From NCBI GenBank assembly GCA_965601925.1, contig OZ271854.1:1856001-1920000 (forward strand): DNA of 64,000 nucleotides, in the 5' to 3' direction. This stretch comes from Alkalispirochaeta sp. (lineage in GTDB: Bacteria; Spirochaetota; Spirochaetia; DSM-27196; Alkalispirochaetaceae). This document shows positions 1 to 10,035 of this stretch, one piece after another. Numbering within the stretch: position 1 is the stretch's first letter; each line of letters starts with the position of its first letter. A program made the position numbers and the translations under genes. Below the pieces are notes generated by a model. It was not told the DNA's origin, searched no databases, and was given only the letters and a program-made list of their open reading frames with translations.

Positions 1-2
1 GG

Positions 3-161
3 GCGAGAATGCAGTTTTATCTCGCCGGGCAATACGAAGTGATCGGCAGATCGGCGAGTGCGCGGTCTCTATATCTTGAGGTGCGTGATGGAGATATGCA
101 GGGATTCTCCGAAACGCGCCTCGCCGCGCATCGCTACGAAAGGATGAGTGCCGCTCCGTAA
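3..161 (+). CDS. 3' end of a gene truncated by the window edge (possibly TPR-like)
   Basis: Frame 3 is open from the edge (ARMQFYLAGQYEVIGRSASARSLYLEV...) to TAA at 159-161; helical TPR-like pattern. Confidence 0.5.
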   Translation, partial: ARMQFYLAGQYEVIGRSASARSLYLEVRDGDMQGFSETRLAAHRYERMSAAP

Positions 162-177
162 GGGGCGACGGTAGCCT

Positions 178-1167
178 ATGTACGGGATATCTTCCCTGGT
201 GCGATACTTGGACCGCTCTCGTCCCATCGTTGTCCAGGCCCACGATTTTCCCGACCACGACGCGGTAGCTACGGCCTACGCGCTGTCGGAGCTTCTCAAA
301 CAACACGGCTACCCTACGCTCCTGTGTTACGGCGGACTCATCCAGAGTCAATCACTCCGCGACGCGATTTCATCGCTGGCGATCGATATTCGACCGGTGG
401 GCACATTGGATCTCCAGCAAAGCGCACAACTGATCGTCGTCGACGGATTTGCCGGCAATTCCAATATGACCGGGGTGCCGGGCGAGGTCGTTGCGGTGAT
501 CGATCACCATCCGCCGCCCTGGCCGCCGCAATGTCCGTATGCGGACATACGCGATACGTACGGCGCGTGCGCGACGATACTATACGACTACTACAAGGCG
601 GCCGACTCCCCGATGAGCCACGGGGTATCGACGGCTCTCCTCATGGGTATCATGATGGATACCGCATTCATGACCCGCGGTGTATCCGATGTCGATTTGG
701 CGGCTTTCAGCGAGTTATTCCGCTCCGGTGACTGGCAGTTGGCCGCGCGATTGCTGCGCAATTCCCTCTCTCTCGGTGATCTCGCGGCGTTTCGCGAGGC
801 GATCGATGCGTGCGTCATCGCCCGGAGCTTCGCGTTTATCCCGTTGCAGGGGGAGTATACCGCCGAGGTAATGGCCCTTATCGCCGACTTTTTTCTCGGC
901 CTGAGGGAGATCCAGTTTGTCGTCGTTGTGAGCGGCGATCGGGACGAGTACCGCCTTTCGGTCCGCAGCGAAGCCGCGGAGTATCCCTCGGATGTCGTAA
1001 TCCACTACGCACTTGACGGTATCGGATCCGGCGGCGGGCATATTCATATGGGTGGCGGATCGGTGCCACGCGATCTGTACCCCGGCGACGAGGGCCTCCG
1101 TAAACGATTCATCGAAGCCCTTCAATCCGACGAGAAAGACGAGAACGACAATGACAAAGCAAAATAA
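178..1167 (+). CDS. DHH/DHHA1 family phosphoesterase (NrnA-like)
   Basis: Motifs HDFPDHD, VVDG, IDHH, MDT and C-terminal GGGH. Confidence 0.9.
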   Translation: MYGISSLVRYLDRSRPIVVQAHDFPDHDAVATAYALSELLKQHGYPTLLCYGGLIQSQSLRDAISSLAIDIRPVGTLDLQQSAQLIVVDGFAGNSNMTGVPGEVVAVIDHHPPPWPPQCPYADIRDTYGACATILYDYYKAADSPMSHGVSTALLMGIMMDTAFMTRGVSDVDLAAFSELFRSGDWQLAARLLRNSLSLGDLAAFREAIDACVIARSFAFIPLQGEYTAEVMALIADFFLGLREIQFVVVVSGDRDEYRLSVRSEAAEYPSDVVIHYALDGIGSGGGHIHMGGGSVPRDLYPGDEGLRKRFIEALQSDEKDENDNDKAK

Positions 1168-2434
1168 CGACGGTGTACCGACGACCGACGAGTCGCCGGT
1201 CCTCGCCGACTCGGTTATCGAGGCGGCACACGACGATTCGAAGCCCTTCGACCCGGCGCGCTACGGCATACGCGTAGTCTCTCTATCGGGGAGAGAGTTC
1301 TATCTCCTCGGCACCGCTCACGTCTCCGCCGACAGCGTACAGGCGGTCGAGGAGACGATCGCCGGTGCGGGTGTCGACCACGTCTGTGTTGAAATCGACG
1401 AGCGGCGCTACCGATCGGTGAGCCGCAAGCGCGATTGGTCCCAGCTCAACATCTTCGAAGTGATAAAGCGACGACAGGCGTTCCTCCTGTTGAGCAACCT
1501 CGTATTGAGTTCATTCCAGCGGCGCATGGGACAAAGCACCGGGGTGGCGCCGGGCGCCGAGATGATCGCCGCGGTCAACGCCGCCCGAGCGGCCCGTATC
1601 GATTACTCCTTCGGCGATCGCCCGGTCCAGGCGACGCTCCGTCGCGCGTGGGCGAAGACCGGCCTATGGGGCAAGAACAAGCTTCTGGCGAGCATGATCG
1701 CCAGCGCCTTCTCGCGCGAGAAGATTACCGAGGAGGACTTGGCCCGCCTGCGGCAACAGAACGAGTTGGAGACGATGCTGCGTGAGCTTGCCGATTACCT
1801 TCCTTCGGTAAAAGAGGTGTTGATCGACGAGCGCGACCAATATCTCGCCCAAAGTATCTACGAGACCGAGGGTAAGCGGGTTCTCGCCGTGGTTGGGGCG
1901 GGGCATGTCGCCGGCATCGTGCAGTGGTTGGAGAAGATCGCCGAAGCTGGGTCGGGCGCGTCCCCGGTCGACAAGAGTGCGTTGGAGATCATTCCTCCAC
2001 CGGGGCCGATACGCAAACTCATTCCGTATCTCGTTCCCGCCGCCGTCGTGGGATTGATCATGTGGGGCTTCTTTCGCGGCGGCGTCGAAGGGGGCCTCCA
2101 GTCTCTGTGGCGCTGGATCCTCGTAAACGGAACGCTTTCCGGCGTCGGATCGCTCATCGCTCTGGCCCACCCGGTAACGATCGTCGCATCATTCGCCGCG
2201 GCACCGATCACGTCGATGAACCCCACCATAGGGGTCGGCTTCGTGACCGGTCTTCTGGAGGCGTTTCTCCGCAAACCGAGAGTCGAGGACTTTGAGAACC
2301 TCAACAACGATATTCTGAGTCTGCGGGGCGTTTATCGCAATCGACTCACGCGGATTTTAATGGTGTTCCTCCTCTCCACGGTGGGAAGCGCCGTCGGCAC
2401 CTTCATCGCACTGCCGCTCCTGTTCCCCGCATGA
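1151..2434 (+). CDS. TraB/GumN (pheromone shutdown) family membrane protein
   Basis: LLGTAHVS, VCVEID, LIDERD, VVGAGH motifs plus C-terminal TM helices; ATG at 1151 preferred over the ORF-track start. Confidence 0.9.
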   Translation: MTKQNNDGVPTTDESPVLADSVIEAAHDDSKPFDPARYGIRVVSLSGREFYLLGTAHVSADSVQAVEETIAGAGVDHVCVEIDERRYRSVSRKRDWSQLNIFEVIKRRQAFLLLSNLVLSSFQRRMGQSTGVAPGAEMIAAVNAARAARIDYSFGDRPVQATLRRAWAKTGLWGKNKLLASMIASAFSREKITEEDLARLRQQNELETMLRELADYLPSVKEVLIDERDQYLAQSIYETEGKRVLAVVGAGHVAGIVQWLEKIAEAGSGASPVDKSALEIIPPPGPIRKLIPYLVPAAVVGLIMWGFFRGGVEGGLQSLWRWILVNGTLSGVGSLIALAHPVTIVASFAAAPITSMNPTIGVGFVTGLLEAFLRKPRVEDFENLNNDILSLRGVYRNRLTRILMVFLLSTVGSAVGTFIALPLLFPA

Positions 2435-2492
2435 GATAGCGGGCGGCCGCGGTGTGAGCGGTATCGTCTCGGTCGTGCGGCGAGGCGGCGCC

Positions 2493-3959
2493 TTACGTCG
2501 CCGTCACCGTGCCGAAGACGACCTTCACCGCGTCCGGGAGCGATTGTACGTTCGCCCACGTTCCGGTCTCTTCCGCCGACTCGTCGTCCGCGACGAGCGA
2601 ATCGTTCGCGGCGATCGTCGGACCTACCAAGCGCTCGAATCCCATCTCGACGGCGCTGCGTTCCCGCTGAAGACGGTGAGAGATGGGACGCACCTCGCCG
2701 GCGAGTGAGAGCTCGCCGGTTGCCAAAAGGCCCGCCGGTATCGTAAGTCCCGTTCGTGCGGAGTACAGGGCCAGCGCCAGCGGAAGATCGATCGCGACGT
2801 CCTGGATGCGGATTCCGCCGGCGACGTTGACGTATAGATCCTGATCGGAGAAGCGTATGCCGACGTGCTTTTCCAACACCGCGGCGACACGGCTGATGCG
2901 CCGATTGTCGATCCGGTCCGAGAAGCTGCGCGATACCGAACCTTTGGCGGAAACGGTGAGCGCCTGGATTTCTACGACCAGGACGCGCGAGCCCTCGTAG
3001 CACGGCGCCGCCACAACTCCGGCCGGGCGCACGCCGCGACCCAAAAAGATCCGACCGGGGTCGCCGAGCTCGTTCAAGCCGTCGTGCTCCATCGTGAAGA
3101 TTCCCACCTCCTCGATCGCACCGAACCGGTTCTTCGTCGCCCGCACGTAGCGCATGTCGCCTCCGGAGTGTTCGAAGAGGAGGACGGCATCCACCATGTG
3201 TTCCACGACTTTGGGGCCGGCGATCTGTCCCTCCTTGGTGACGTGGGCGACCATGAGCGCACACGACCGCATGCGTCGCGCCCAGTCGGCGATCTCGTGG
3301 GTGACGTATTTGATCTGGTTGATCGTACCGGGAACCGATCCCGCCTCCGGGGCGAGCATCATCTGCACACTGTCGATTACCACCACGCGCGGCTTGAGCC
3401 GCTCCAACTCGTCGAGGAGGTCGTCGAGGTGCGTCGTACACAGGAGCGACACATCACGACCGCGCACGGTCGTGTCGGCGGCCTCGGAATGACCGCGTGA
3501 GGGGAGAATACCCAATCGTTCGGCGCGCTGCCTGATCTGAGCCGCGCTCTCCTCGCCCGAGACGTACAACGCCTCTCCGCCGCCGCCGGCGAAGGCCATT
3601 TGCAGCATGAGCGTCGACTTGCCGATGCCCGGTTCTCCACCGATGAGAACGGTCGAACCCGGCATGAGCCCGCCCCCGAGGGCGCGATCGAGCTCTCCGA
3701 TCCCGCTTGAAATGCGCGAGCTGTGCTCCGGATCGATCTCGGAGAGGCGTCTGCTCAGCCCCGCGCCGTGCTCCACCTCGAGGCTCGGCGTCGCGTCGTG
3801 AGAGGCCCGGCGAGACGCCGGGGCCGAGGCGCTCCGTTCTCTCCGAGCGCGGCGCTCGGTGAGTGTGTTCCATTCGCCGCACGAGGGGCATTGTCCCAAC
3901 CACTTGGGTTCCCGGTGGCCGCACGCGGTGCATTCGTAGTAGGTGTGTTTCTTTGCCAT
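2493..3959 (-). CDS. radA: DNA repair protein RadA/Sms
   Basis: CxxC...CxxC zinc finger, GEPGIGKSTL Walker A, KNRFG motif, Lon-like C-terminus. Confidence 0.97.
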   Translation of the reverse strand: MAKKHTYYECTACGHREPKWLGQCPSCGEWNTLTERRARRERSASAPASRRASHDATPSLEVEHGAGLSRRLSEIDPEHSSRISSGIGELDRALGGGLMPGSTVLIGGEPGIGKSTLMLQMAFAGGGGEALYVSGEESAAQIRQRAERLGILPSRGHSEAADTTVRGRDVSLLCTTHLDDLLDELERLKPRVVVIDSVQMMLAPEAGSVPGTINQIKYVTHEIADWARRMRSCALMVAHVTKEGQIAGPKVVEHMVDAVLLFEHSGGDMRYVRATKNRFGAIEEVGIFTMEHDGLNELGDPGRIFLGRGVRPAGVVAAPCYEGSRVLVVEIQALTVSAKGSVSRSFSDRIDNRRISRVAAVLEKHVGIRFSDQDLYVNVAGGIRIQDVAIDLPLALALYSARTGLTIPAGLLATGELSLAGEVRPISHRLQRERSAVEMGFERLVGPTIAANDSLVADDESAEETGTWANVQSLPDAVKVVFGTVTAT

Positions 3960-4012
3960 CTGGTAGCGTTACTGTAGCCTCCCCGACCGCGCCTGTCACC
4001 TCCGCGCTTCTC

Positions 4013-4041
4013 TTGACTGCCTTCCCGACGCCCGAGACAAT
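4013..4041 (+). promoter_or_regulatory. sigma70-type promoter, probably leaderless
   Basis: TTGACT-N17-GACAAT ending 5 nt before ATG 4047. Confidence 0.55.
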
Positions 4042-4046
4042 AGGTC

Positions 4047-5465
4047 ATGAATCAAGAGGACGACCGACGGTCCGTTTCCGAGGGTGACGACGAAGCGCTC
4101 ATCCGTCGTGCAGTGCTTGAAATGATAAAGTCTACCGGGCGCCGGCCCCATCGTGAACAGATCGTACGACGTTTCGGGCTGTCGATGCCGAGCGAACTCA
4201 CCGCCCTCGATCGACTCGTCGCAGCGGGTTTGATTCGCCGTGCCGCCGTCGAACCGGGGAACCTCGCCGACGACGATGAGATCGACGAATCCACCGCCGG
4301 CAATCGACGCCAACGGCCGCACCCGTCGCGCGGTCCCTCAATATTCGGACTGAAGCGAATTCTCAAGAGTCGCGATCTCTCGGATCGCGAGATCGTCGAG
4401 GCGTACCGCGAAGAGTTTTCGCGCCACATGAAGGCCGAGAGAGCCGGACTCGTGGGCCACACGACGAGCTATCTCGGCGTCAATGTGATGCTCACCGTTA
4501 TTTGGGCGCTGACCGGCGCCGGTTTCCCGTGGTTTCTCTTCCCCGTGCTGGGATGGGGGATCGGATACATGTCCCATCGCGCCCGCGTAGTCTCGCGCGA
4601 GGAGGAGCACGGTGAGGTAATGGCCGTTGAGTCGCCGACGGCGGAGCAGCTTCGCCTTCACCGGCGACTGTGGAAAGTACGCCGGGGGTGGCGCACTCAT
4701 TTCGCCAGTATCGGCATGACGTCACTGCTGCTGGGAACGACTAACGTTATTACCGGCAGTTCGTTTCCGTGGGCGCTCATCCCCGTGGGATTCATGGGAA
4801 TCGGTCTCCTGGGGCACCATAATCGTCGACGACACAGGGAAGCCCAGATCGTCGACGAGTTGCGCGACGCCGGGTTCTCGCTCGCCGATGGCGCGAGTAG
4901 CCGTGTCGTGAGGAGGCCCGGATCCACCGCCCGGTCCGATGAATCGATCGATACTTCGGCCATCGACGAGGCGCGATCGATTCGCGACGAAATCAAAACG
5001 CGCATCGACGGCATGGATGACGCCGGAGAGCTTCTGGGCGACGATTTTCACGGTATTCTCGATACCTACGTGGAGCAAATCGAACAGTTGAGTACGACGC
5101 ACGACGAGGTAGCGGTACTCATCGGTAGTATTGCGATCGCCGATCTGGATCGGGAGCACGAGCGCCTTACCGAACGGGCGGCCTCCTCCGCGAATACACG
5201 CCTGCAAAAAGAGTACGAGCAGAGTTTGGTTCAGGTGGACAGGCAACGCCAGTCACACTCGGAGCTGCTCGCCGAGCGGGAGATCATCCAAGTCCGAATC
5301 TCCACGGCGATCAACGCGCTCAAGCAACTTCGTATCGACGTTGCGCGCGCCGGAAGTTCTCACACGCGCGCCACCGACGTAGTGCTAGGCGATCTTCGTC
5401 GCCGCAGCGAAGAGCTCAGTCGGTATCTCAAGGATCTCCAGGATGCGTACGATGAGCTGGAGTAG
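4047..5465 (+). CDS. Membrane protein: HTH-like N-terminus, two 2TM-like hairpins, C-terminal coiled coil
   Basis: Two H-x3-Y/I...(F/W)PW...(W)GIG...H 2TM-type repeats; heptad-rich C-terminus. Confidence 0.7.
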   Translation: MNQEDDRRSVSEGDDEALIRRAVLEMIKSTGRRPHREQIVRRFGLSMPSELTALDRLVAAGLIRRAAVEPGNLADDDEIDESTAGNRRQRPHPSRGPSIFGLKRILKSRDLSDREIVEAYREEFSRHMKAERAGLVGHTTSYLGVNVMLTVIWALTGAGFPWFLFPVLGWGIGYMSHRARVVSREEEHGEVMAVESPTAEQLRLHRRLWKVRRGWRTHFASIGMTSLLLGTTNVITGSSFPWALIPVGFMGIGLLGHHNRRRHREAQIVDELRDAGFSLADGASSRVVRRPGSTARSDESIDTSAIDEARSIRDEIKTRIDGMDDAGELLGDDFHGILDTYVEQIEQLSTTHDEVAVLIGSIAIADLDREHERLTERAASSANTRLQKEYEQSLVQVDRQRQSHSELLAEREIIQVRISTAINALKQLRIDVARAGSSHTRATDVVLGDLRRRSEELSRYLKDLQDAYDELE

Positions 5466-5524
5466 CCGCATCCGTCGGGCGTCGACCGTCTCCGCGATAC
5501 GCGAGCGCTCTCGGCACCGGCGGA

Positions 5525-6652
5525 TCATCCGGCGCGCTTCTTAAAGCGCAGTGCGGCCAGGACGAGGATCGCGACACCGAAGACAACCATCGCCAGCCCT
5601 TCGTCCCAGAGCGTTGACAGCCCGGCGCCCTTGAGGAAGATCCCGCGGATTATGGCGAAGTAGTAGCGCAACGGCAAAAGGTACGAGATCAGTCGGATGA
5701 CCGGCGGCATGCTATCGATGGGGAATGCGAAGCCGGACAGGAACACCATCGGTACCATCACGAAGAATACCGCCGTCATCATCGCTTGTTGCTGGTTTTC
5801 CGAAACGGTTGATATCAACAGTCCCAACCCGAGAGTGGTCGCCAAGTAGATCGTCGACATCACGAGCAGCAGCACGACACTTCCTGCTATGGGTACGCGG
5901 AAGACGAAGCTGGTCACGACGAGAACCAGCGCGACGTCTATGAAGCCGATGATTACGAACGGGGCGAGCTTACCTACGATCAACTGTATGGACCGAATGG
6001 GCGTGACGTTCAGCTGCTCCAGAGTTCCGAGTTCTTTCTCCTTAACGATTGCAAGGGAGCTTAACAGCGTAGTGATAACCATGAGCAGCAACGCCAGAAT
6101 GCCGGGAACCATGAAGTTCCGGCTCGTTAGTTCCGGGTTGTACCAGATCCGCGACTCCACCCGTACCCCGCGCAGATTCAGCTCCGACGCTTCGGTCCCC
6201 CTACCGTGTTCGGCCGCAAAGTCGGCGACGATGGAGCGCGCGAAGTTCACCGCGGCTATACCCTCGGTGCTGTTGGTCCCGTCGACGACGATCTGGACCG
6301 TTGCCGCACCGGTCGACAACGCCGCGTCGAAACCCCTCGGTATCGAAAGCACCACCCCGGCGCGTCCCGCCTCCAAAAGCTCTTCGACGTCGCGCGGACT
6401 CGTCGGATGACGTTCGGCGGGATCGATCCCCGCGAAGACTCCGGTTGAGAGAAACGACTCGGACAGCTGGCGGCTGGCGACGCTTCGATCTGCGTCGTAG
6501 ACCGCCGTAGGAATGTCTTCGACGTCGAGATTGGCGGCGTAACCCAGGAGGATGAGCTGCAGTACCGGTGCAATGAACACGATGGGCAGCATCAGGCGGT
6601 CGCGTTTGAGCTGCAGAAACTCTTTTCGCAAGACGTAAGGCAATACCCTCAT
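5525..6652 (-). CDS. ABC-2 exporter permease (YbhR-like)
   Basis: MRVLPYVLRKEFLQ start, WYNPEL, EKELGTLEQL, LSGFAFPIDSMP; TAATG coupling to the upstream gene. Confidence 0.93.
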   Translation of the reverse strand: MRVLPYVLRKEFLQLKRDRLMLPIVFIAPVLQLILLGYAANLDVEDIPTAVYDADRSVASRQLSESFLSTGVFAGIDPAERHPTSPRDVEELLEAGRAGVVLSIPRGFDAALSTGAATVQIVVDGTNSTEGIAAVNFARSIVADFAAEHGRGTEASELNLRGVRVESRIWYNPELTSRNFMVPGILALLLMVITTLLSSLAIVKEKELGTLEQLNVTPIRSIQLIVGKLAPFVIIGFIDVALVLVVTSFVFRVPIAGSVVLLLVMSTIYLATTLGLGLLISTVSENQQQAMMTAVFFVMVPMVFLSGFAFPIDSMPPVIRLISYLLPLRYYFAIIRGIFLKGAGLSTLWDEGLAMVVFGVAILVLAALRFKKRAG

Positions 6653-7764
6653 TAATCGAAACTCCCGACGCGTATGCGATAACTTCCGGCTCCCACGGTG
6701 ACGATCGAAAACGCGGTGAGGATTACGAGCCGGGGCCAGATCACTGCGATACCCGCTCCGCGCAGAACGATCGCTCGTATCGCCTCGAGGTAGTGTCTGG
6801 CCGGTATGATATTGGTCATCATTTGGATCGGCATCGGCATGTTGCGCACCGGGAAGATAAAGCCCGAAAGGATGAAGGAGGGGAGAAACGTCGAGAGGAT
6901 CGCGATCAAAAAAGCGACCTGTTGAGTCTCGGCGATCGTTGAGATAAAAACCCCGAACCCAAGAGAAGCAAAGAGAAACAGCAGCGTCGTCACGGCAAGG
7001 AGAACGCGGTTTCCCGCGATGACGACGTCGAAGAGGAGGTGGCTCAGCACGAAAATGGCGACCGCGGTAATGAACGAGATCGCCAGATACGGGAGGGTCT
7101 TTCCGATGATCAACTCCGTGGCCGACAGGGGCGATACGGCCAACTGCTCCATGGATCCGAGCTCCCTTTCGCGTACGACCGACAGGGCGGTAGAGATGAC
7201 CGACGTTACGATGAGGATAAAAGCGACCAGGCCGGGAACCAGAAATTGGTTGCTCTCCAGCTCGGGGTTGAACCACACCCGCGGCCGGAAGTCGATATGC
7301 CGCCTCGCCGCCGTTTCTCGCTCGTCGATCCCCTCGAACTCGGCGACAATCGACTGCATGTAGCCGAGGACGGTATTGCCGGTCGTGCCGTCGCTTCCGT
7401 CCACGATAATCTGGGCGACGGAGCCGCGGCCGGCGGCGAGGTCCGCCCCGAACTCGCGCGGAATGACGACCGCCCCGAGCGCCCGTCCACGTTTGTAGAG
7501 TAGGTCGAGGGAGTCGCCGTTCGGAAGGTAGTGGCGCACGTCGATGAAGCGGCTTTCGTGCAACGTCCGGGTCAGTGCGCGGCTTTCCGGCGAATGGTCG
7601 TAGTCCACGACGGCGATGGGAGCGTGCTCCACGTCAAGGCTGATTGCGTAGCCGACCATCACCAGCAGGAATGCGGGTACGACCAAGAGAACCGCGAGGG
7701 TCCGTCGGTCTCGGAGGATTTGACGTACCTCCTTTCTCACCATCGCACGAGTTCTCCGTATCAC
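6652..7764 (-). CDS. ABC-2 exporter permease (YbhS-like)
   Basis: KEVRQILRDRRTL, WFNPEL, ERELGSMEQL; GTG start overlaps the TGA of the upstream ATPase gene. Confidence 0.93.
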   Translation of the reverse strand: MIRRTRAMVRKEVRQILRDRRTLAVLLVVPAFLLVMVGYAISLDVEHAPIAVVDYDHSPESRALTRTLHESRFIDVRHYLPNGDSLDLLYKRGRALGAVVIPREFGADLAAGRGSVAQIIVDGSDGTTGNTVLGYMQSIVAEFEGIDERETAARRHIDFRPRVWFNPELESNQFLVPGLVAFILIVTSVISTALSVVRERELGSMEQLAVSPLSATELIIGKTLPYLAISFITAVAIFVLSHLLFDVVIAGNRVLLAVTTLLFLFASLGFGVFISTIAETQQVAFLIAILSTFLPSFILSGFIFPVRNMPMPIQMMTNIIPARHYLEAIRAIVLRGAGIAVIWPRLVILTAFSIVTVGAGSYRIRVGSFD

Positions 7765-8705
7765 AGCTCTTCCTCGTGTCGGGGCCGGATAACGCTGATA
7801 AACACATCCTCCAGTGACGGAACGATCGCCGACACCGTCCGAATACCCTCGCGGAAGGCGCCGCCTGCGGCCTCGTGGAGCCGTCGGCGCGCCGCGTCGA
7901 CGGTCAGGTGCGTGCCGAGGTGGAGGGTCCGTCCGAAGATCGAGGTTTCGACGACCCACGACTCTCCGCGCAGGGAGTGCGCCAGCGCCGCGACCTCGTC
8001 ACCGTGTACCTCGATTATCGTGTAGGGGATTTCGCGCCTCTTCAGGTCGGTGGGCGAGCCCTCCGCAACGATACGTCCGGCGTGCATGAGGCTGACGCGA
8101 TTGCAATACTCCGCCTCGTCCAGGTAATGGGTCGTGACGAGGACGGCGACGCCGCGGTCGGCGAGTGCGTTTATCAGATCCCAGAAATCGCGCCGCGATG
8201 CCGGGTCGACTCCACCGGTGGGCTCGTCGAGAAAGAGTACCGGCGGCTCGTGGAGCACGGCACACCCGAGCGCCAGGCGTTGTCGCCACCCACCGGAAAG
8301 CTCTGAAGTGAGCGTCTTTCGCCGCTCTTTCAGTCCCGCCATCTCCAGTACCCACGCCATACGCTGCGTTATCCGTCGCGACGACAGACCATAGAGCCCG
8401 CCGAAGAAGGTGATGTTTTCCTCAACGGTAAGGTCGCGATACAGGCTGAACTCTTGCGACATGTAGCCGATGTGCCGCTTGACCCCTTCCGGGTCGGTGT
8501 TGATATCGTGCCCGGCGACGCGCGCCGAGCCGCTCGAGGAGGCGAGGAGACCGCAGAGCATCCGAATCGTTGTCGATTTTCCCGCTCCGTTCGCCCCCAA
8601 GAGCCCGAAGATGCTCCCCTTATCGACCGCGAGGGTTACATCGTCGACCGCGGTAAAGGTCCCAAATACCTTGGTAAGATGCTCAGCATAGATCGCGAAC
8701 GCCAT
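7761..8705 (-). CDS. ABC transporter ATP-binding protein (YbhF C-half-like)
   Basis: GANGAGKST, LSGGWRQR, LDEPTGGVDP, TTH. Confidence 0.95.
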   Translation of the reverse strand: MAFAIYAEHLTKVFGTFTAVDDVTLAVDKGSIFGLLGANGAGKSTTIRMLCGLLASSSGSARVAGHDINTDPEGVKRHIGYMSQEFSLYRDLTVEENITFFGGLYGLSSRRITQRMAWVLEMAGLKERRKTLTSELSGGWRQRLALGCAVLHEPPVLFLDEPTGGVDPASRRDFWDLINALADRGVAVLVTTHYLDEAEYCNRVSLMHAGRIVAEGSPTDLKRREIPYTIIEVHGDEVAALAHSLRGESWVVETSIFGRTLHLGTHLTVDAARRRLHEAAGGAFREGIRTVSAIVPSLEDVFISVIRPRHEEEL

Positions 8706-8706
8706 G

Positions 8707-10035
8707 TCACATCTCCGTCGCCGAAGCGTACATCAGATTGAGCCACGCCAGTTCTCGACCCACCGCCGCCGAGGTAAGGGCCAAACGCGCTTCGAGCAGG
8801 TCGACCTGGGCGTCGAGGAGATCCTCGTTGAGAGCCGTGCCGTTGTCGACTCGCACGGCCGTGTTGGCCACATGCTCTTCGGCCCGGAGTACCATCGTCC
8901 GCCCTAAGCGGACCTCCTGGGCCGAGGATGCCCAGTCGAGATAGGCGCTACGAATCTCGAGGCGCAGTCGGTCCTCAGCCGCGGTGAGAGAATGGCTTTG
9001 AGATTCGTATCGCGAGCGCGCCTGTTCGGCCCTGCGGTGCACACGGGGGATGGCGCCGATCGCCACGCGACCGACGACGCCGAGTAGCCACGAGTCCTCG
9101 AAGCTGTCGGGAGGTAGGAACAGGGCGCCGTTTGGGCGCGCATATGTGTAGCTCCCGGTAACGAAGAGCTCGGGATAGTATGCCGACCGTTCGAACGCCA
9201 CGGCGTGGCCCTCCGCGTCGAGGCGGCCTCGCAGTGCGCGAATGTCCGGTCGATCCGAGAGGCCGCGGGAGACCAGCTCGTCGAGATCCGCCGGAGCGGC
9301 ACTACGCTCCGGAAGCGATGAGGTCGGAACGACCGTTCGTCCCGGGTCCTCACCGATGCGTACCGCGAGGTCGGCCATGGCAAGCGCCACAGCGTTTCTC
9401 CCCTCGATGACATCCAACTCCGCTTCCGCGAGACGCATCTCTACCGTCAGGACCTCGTTCCTGGTGACCAACCCCTGGTCGAAGTGTCGCCCTATCGTCT
9501 CGAGATTGACCGCTACCTGATCCCTGCGTTCAACAAAGGCCTCCTGTCGCCGCCCGGCCTCCAGTAGATGCCAATACGACCGTTGCAACTCGAGTTCGGT
9601 GATCGTTCGACGCCACAGCTGATCGAGGGTCTCGGCCCGCCTCAGCGCGTCGGTCCTGGCGACGTCACTCGAGAGGCGGCCGCCGAGAAAGATCGGCTGC
9701 TGCACCGAGAGTGCGATCGAGGTCACCTCGGTGACGTCCTCACCGAGAGTTATCACGCCCATCGAGGTGTCGACCTCGACCGGATCCTGCTCCTCGATTC
9801 GCATGTAACTGCCCTCGACGGTAAGGTCCGGTAGGCGAGCGGCCCGCGACGCTTCGTTGCCGGCGACGGCGGCGGCCACCAGGCTCTCTCCGGCTGCCAA
9901 CAACGAATCGGTCTGCAGGGCGAGCACCACGGCCCGGTCGACGGTGAGTTCGAGAGGCTCGTCGTGCTGGGCCAAGAGTGGGGCGACCGCGTTCATCAGG
10001 GTCAGAACTCCGAGTGTTACCGTGCGTACGATCAT
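8707..10035 (-). CDS. TolC family outer membrane efflux protein
   Basis: Signal peptide, two OEP repeats (QPIFLGG; ...G...EDLLDAQ), position in the operon. Confidence 0.9.
   Translation of the reverse strand: MIVRTVTLGVLTLMNAVAPLLAQHDEPLELTVDRAVVLALQTDSLLAAGESLVAAAVAGNEASRAARLPDLTVEGSYMRIEEQDPVEVDTSMGVITLGEDVTEVTSIALSVQQPIFLGGRLSSDVARTDALRRAETLDQLWRRTITELELQRSYWHLLEAGRRQEAFVERRDQVAVNLETIGRHFDQGLVTRNEVLTVEMRLAEAELDVIEGRNAVALAMADLAVRIGEDPGRTVVPTSSLPERSAAPADLDELVSRGLSDRPDIRALRGRLDAEGHAVAFERSAYYPELFVTGSYTYARPNGALFLPPDSFEDSWLLGVVGRVAIGAIPRVHRRAEQARSRYESQSHSLTAAEDRLRLEIRSAYLDWASSAQEVRLGRTMVLRAEEHVANTAVRVDNGTALNEDLLDAQVDLLEARLALTSAAVGRELAWLNLMYASATEM

Noticed and set aside
2332..3441. Arg-rich alternative-frame ORFs (also 38151-39242)
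   Set aside because: Out-of-frame overlaps with radA and the large exported protein; composition is typical of non-coding frames
6653..7276. N-terminal extension of ORF 5525-7276, suggesting a fusion or frameshift
   Set aside because: The real start is ATG 6652 coupled to the upstream stop (TAATG); the extension is gibberish. The same applies to the extensions of ORFs starting at 1013, 55165, 58995 and 60829
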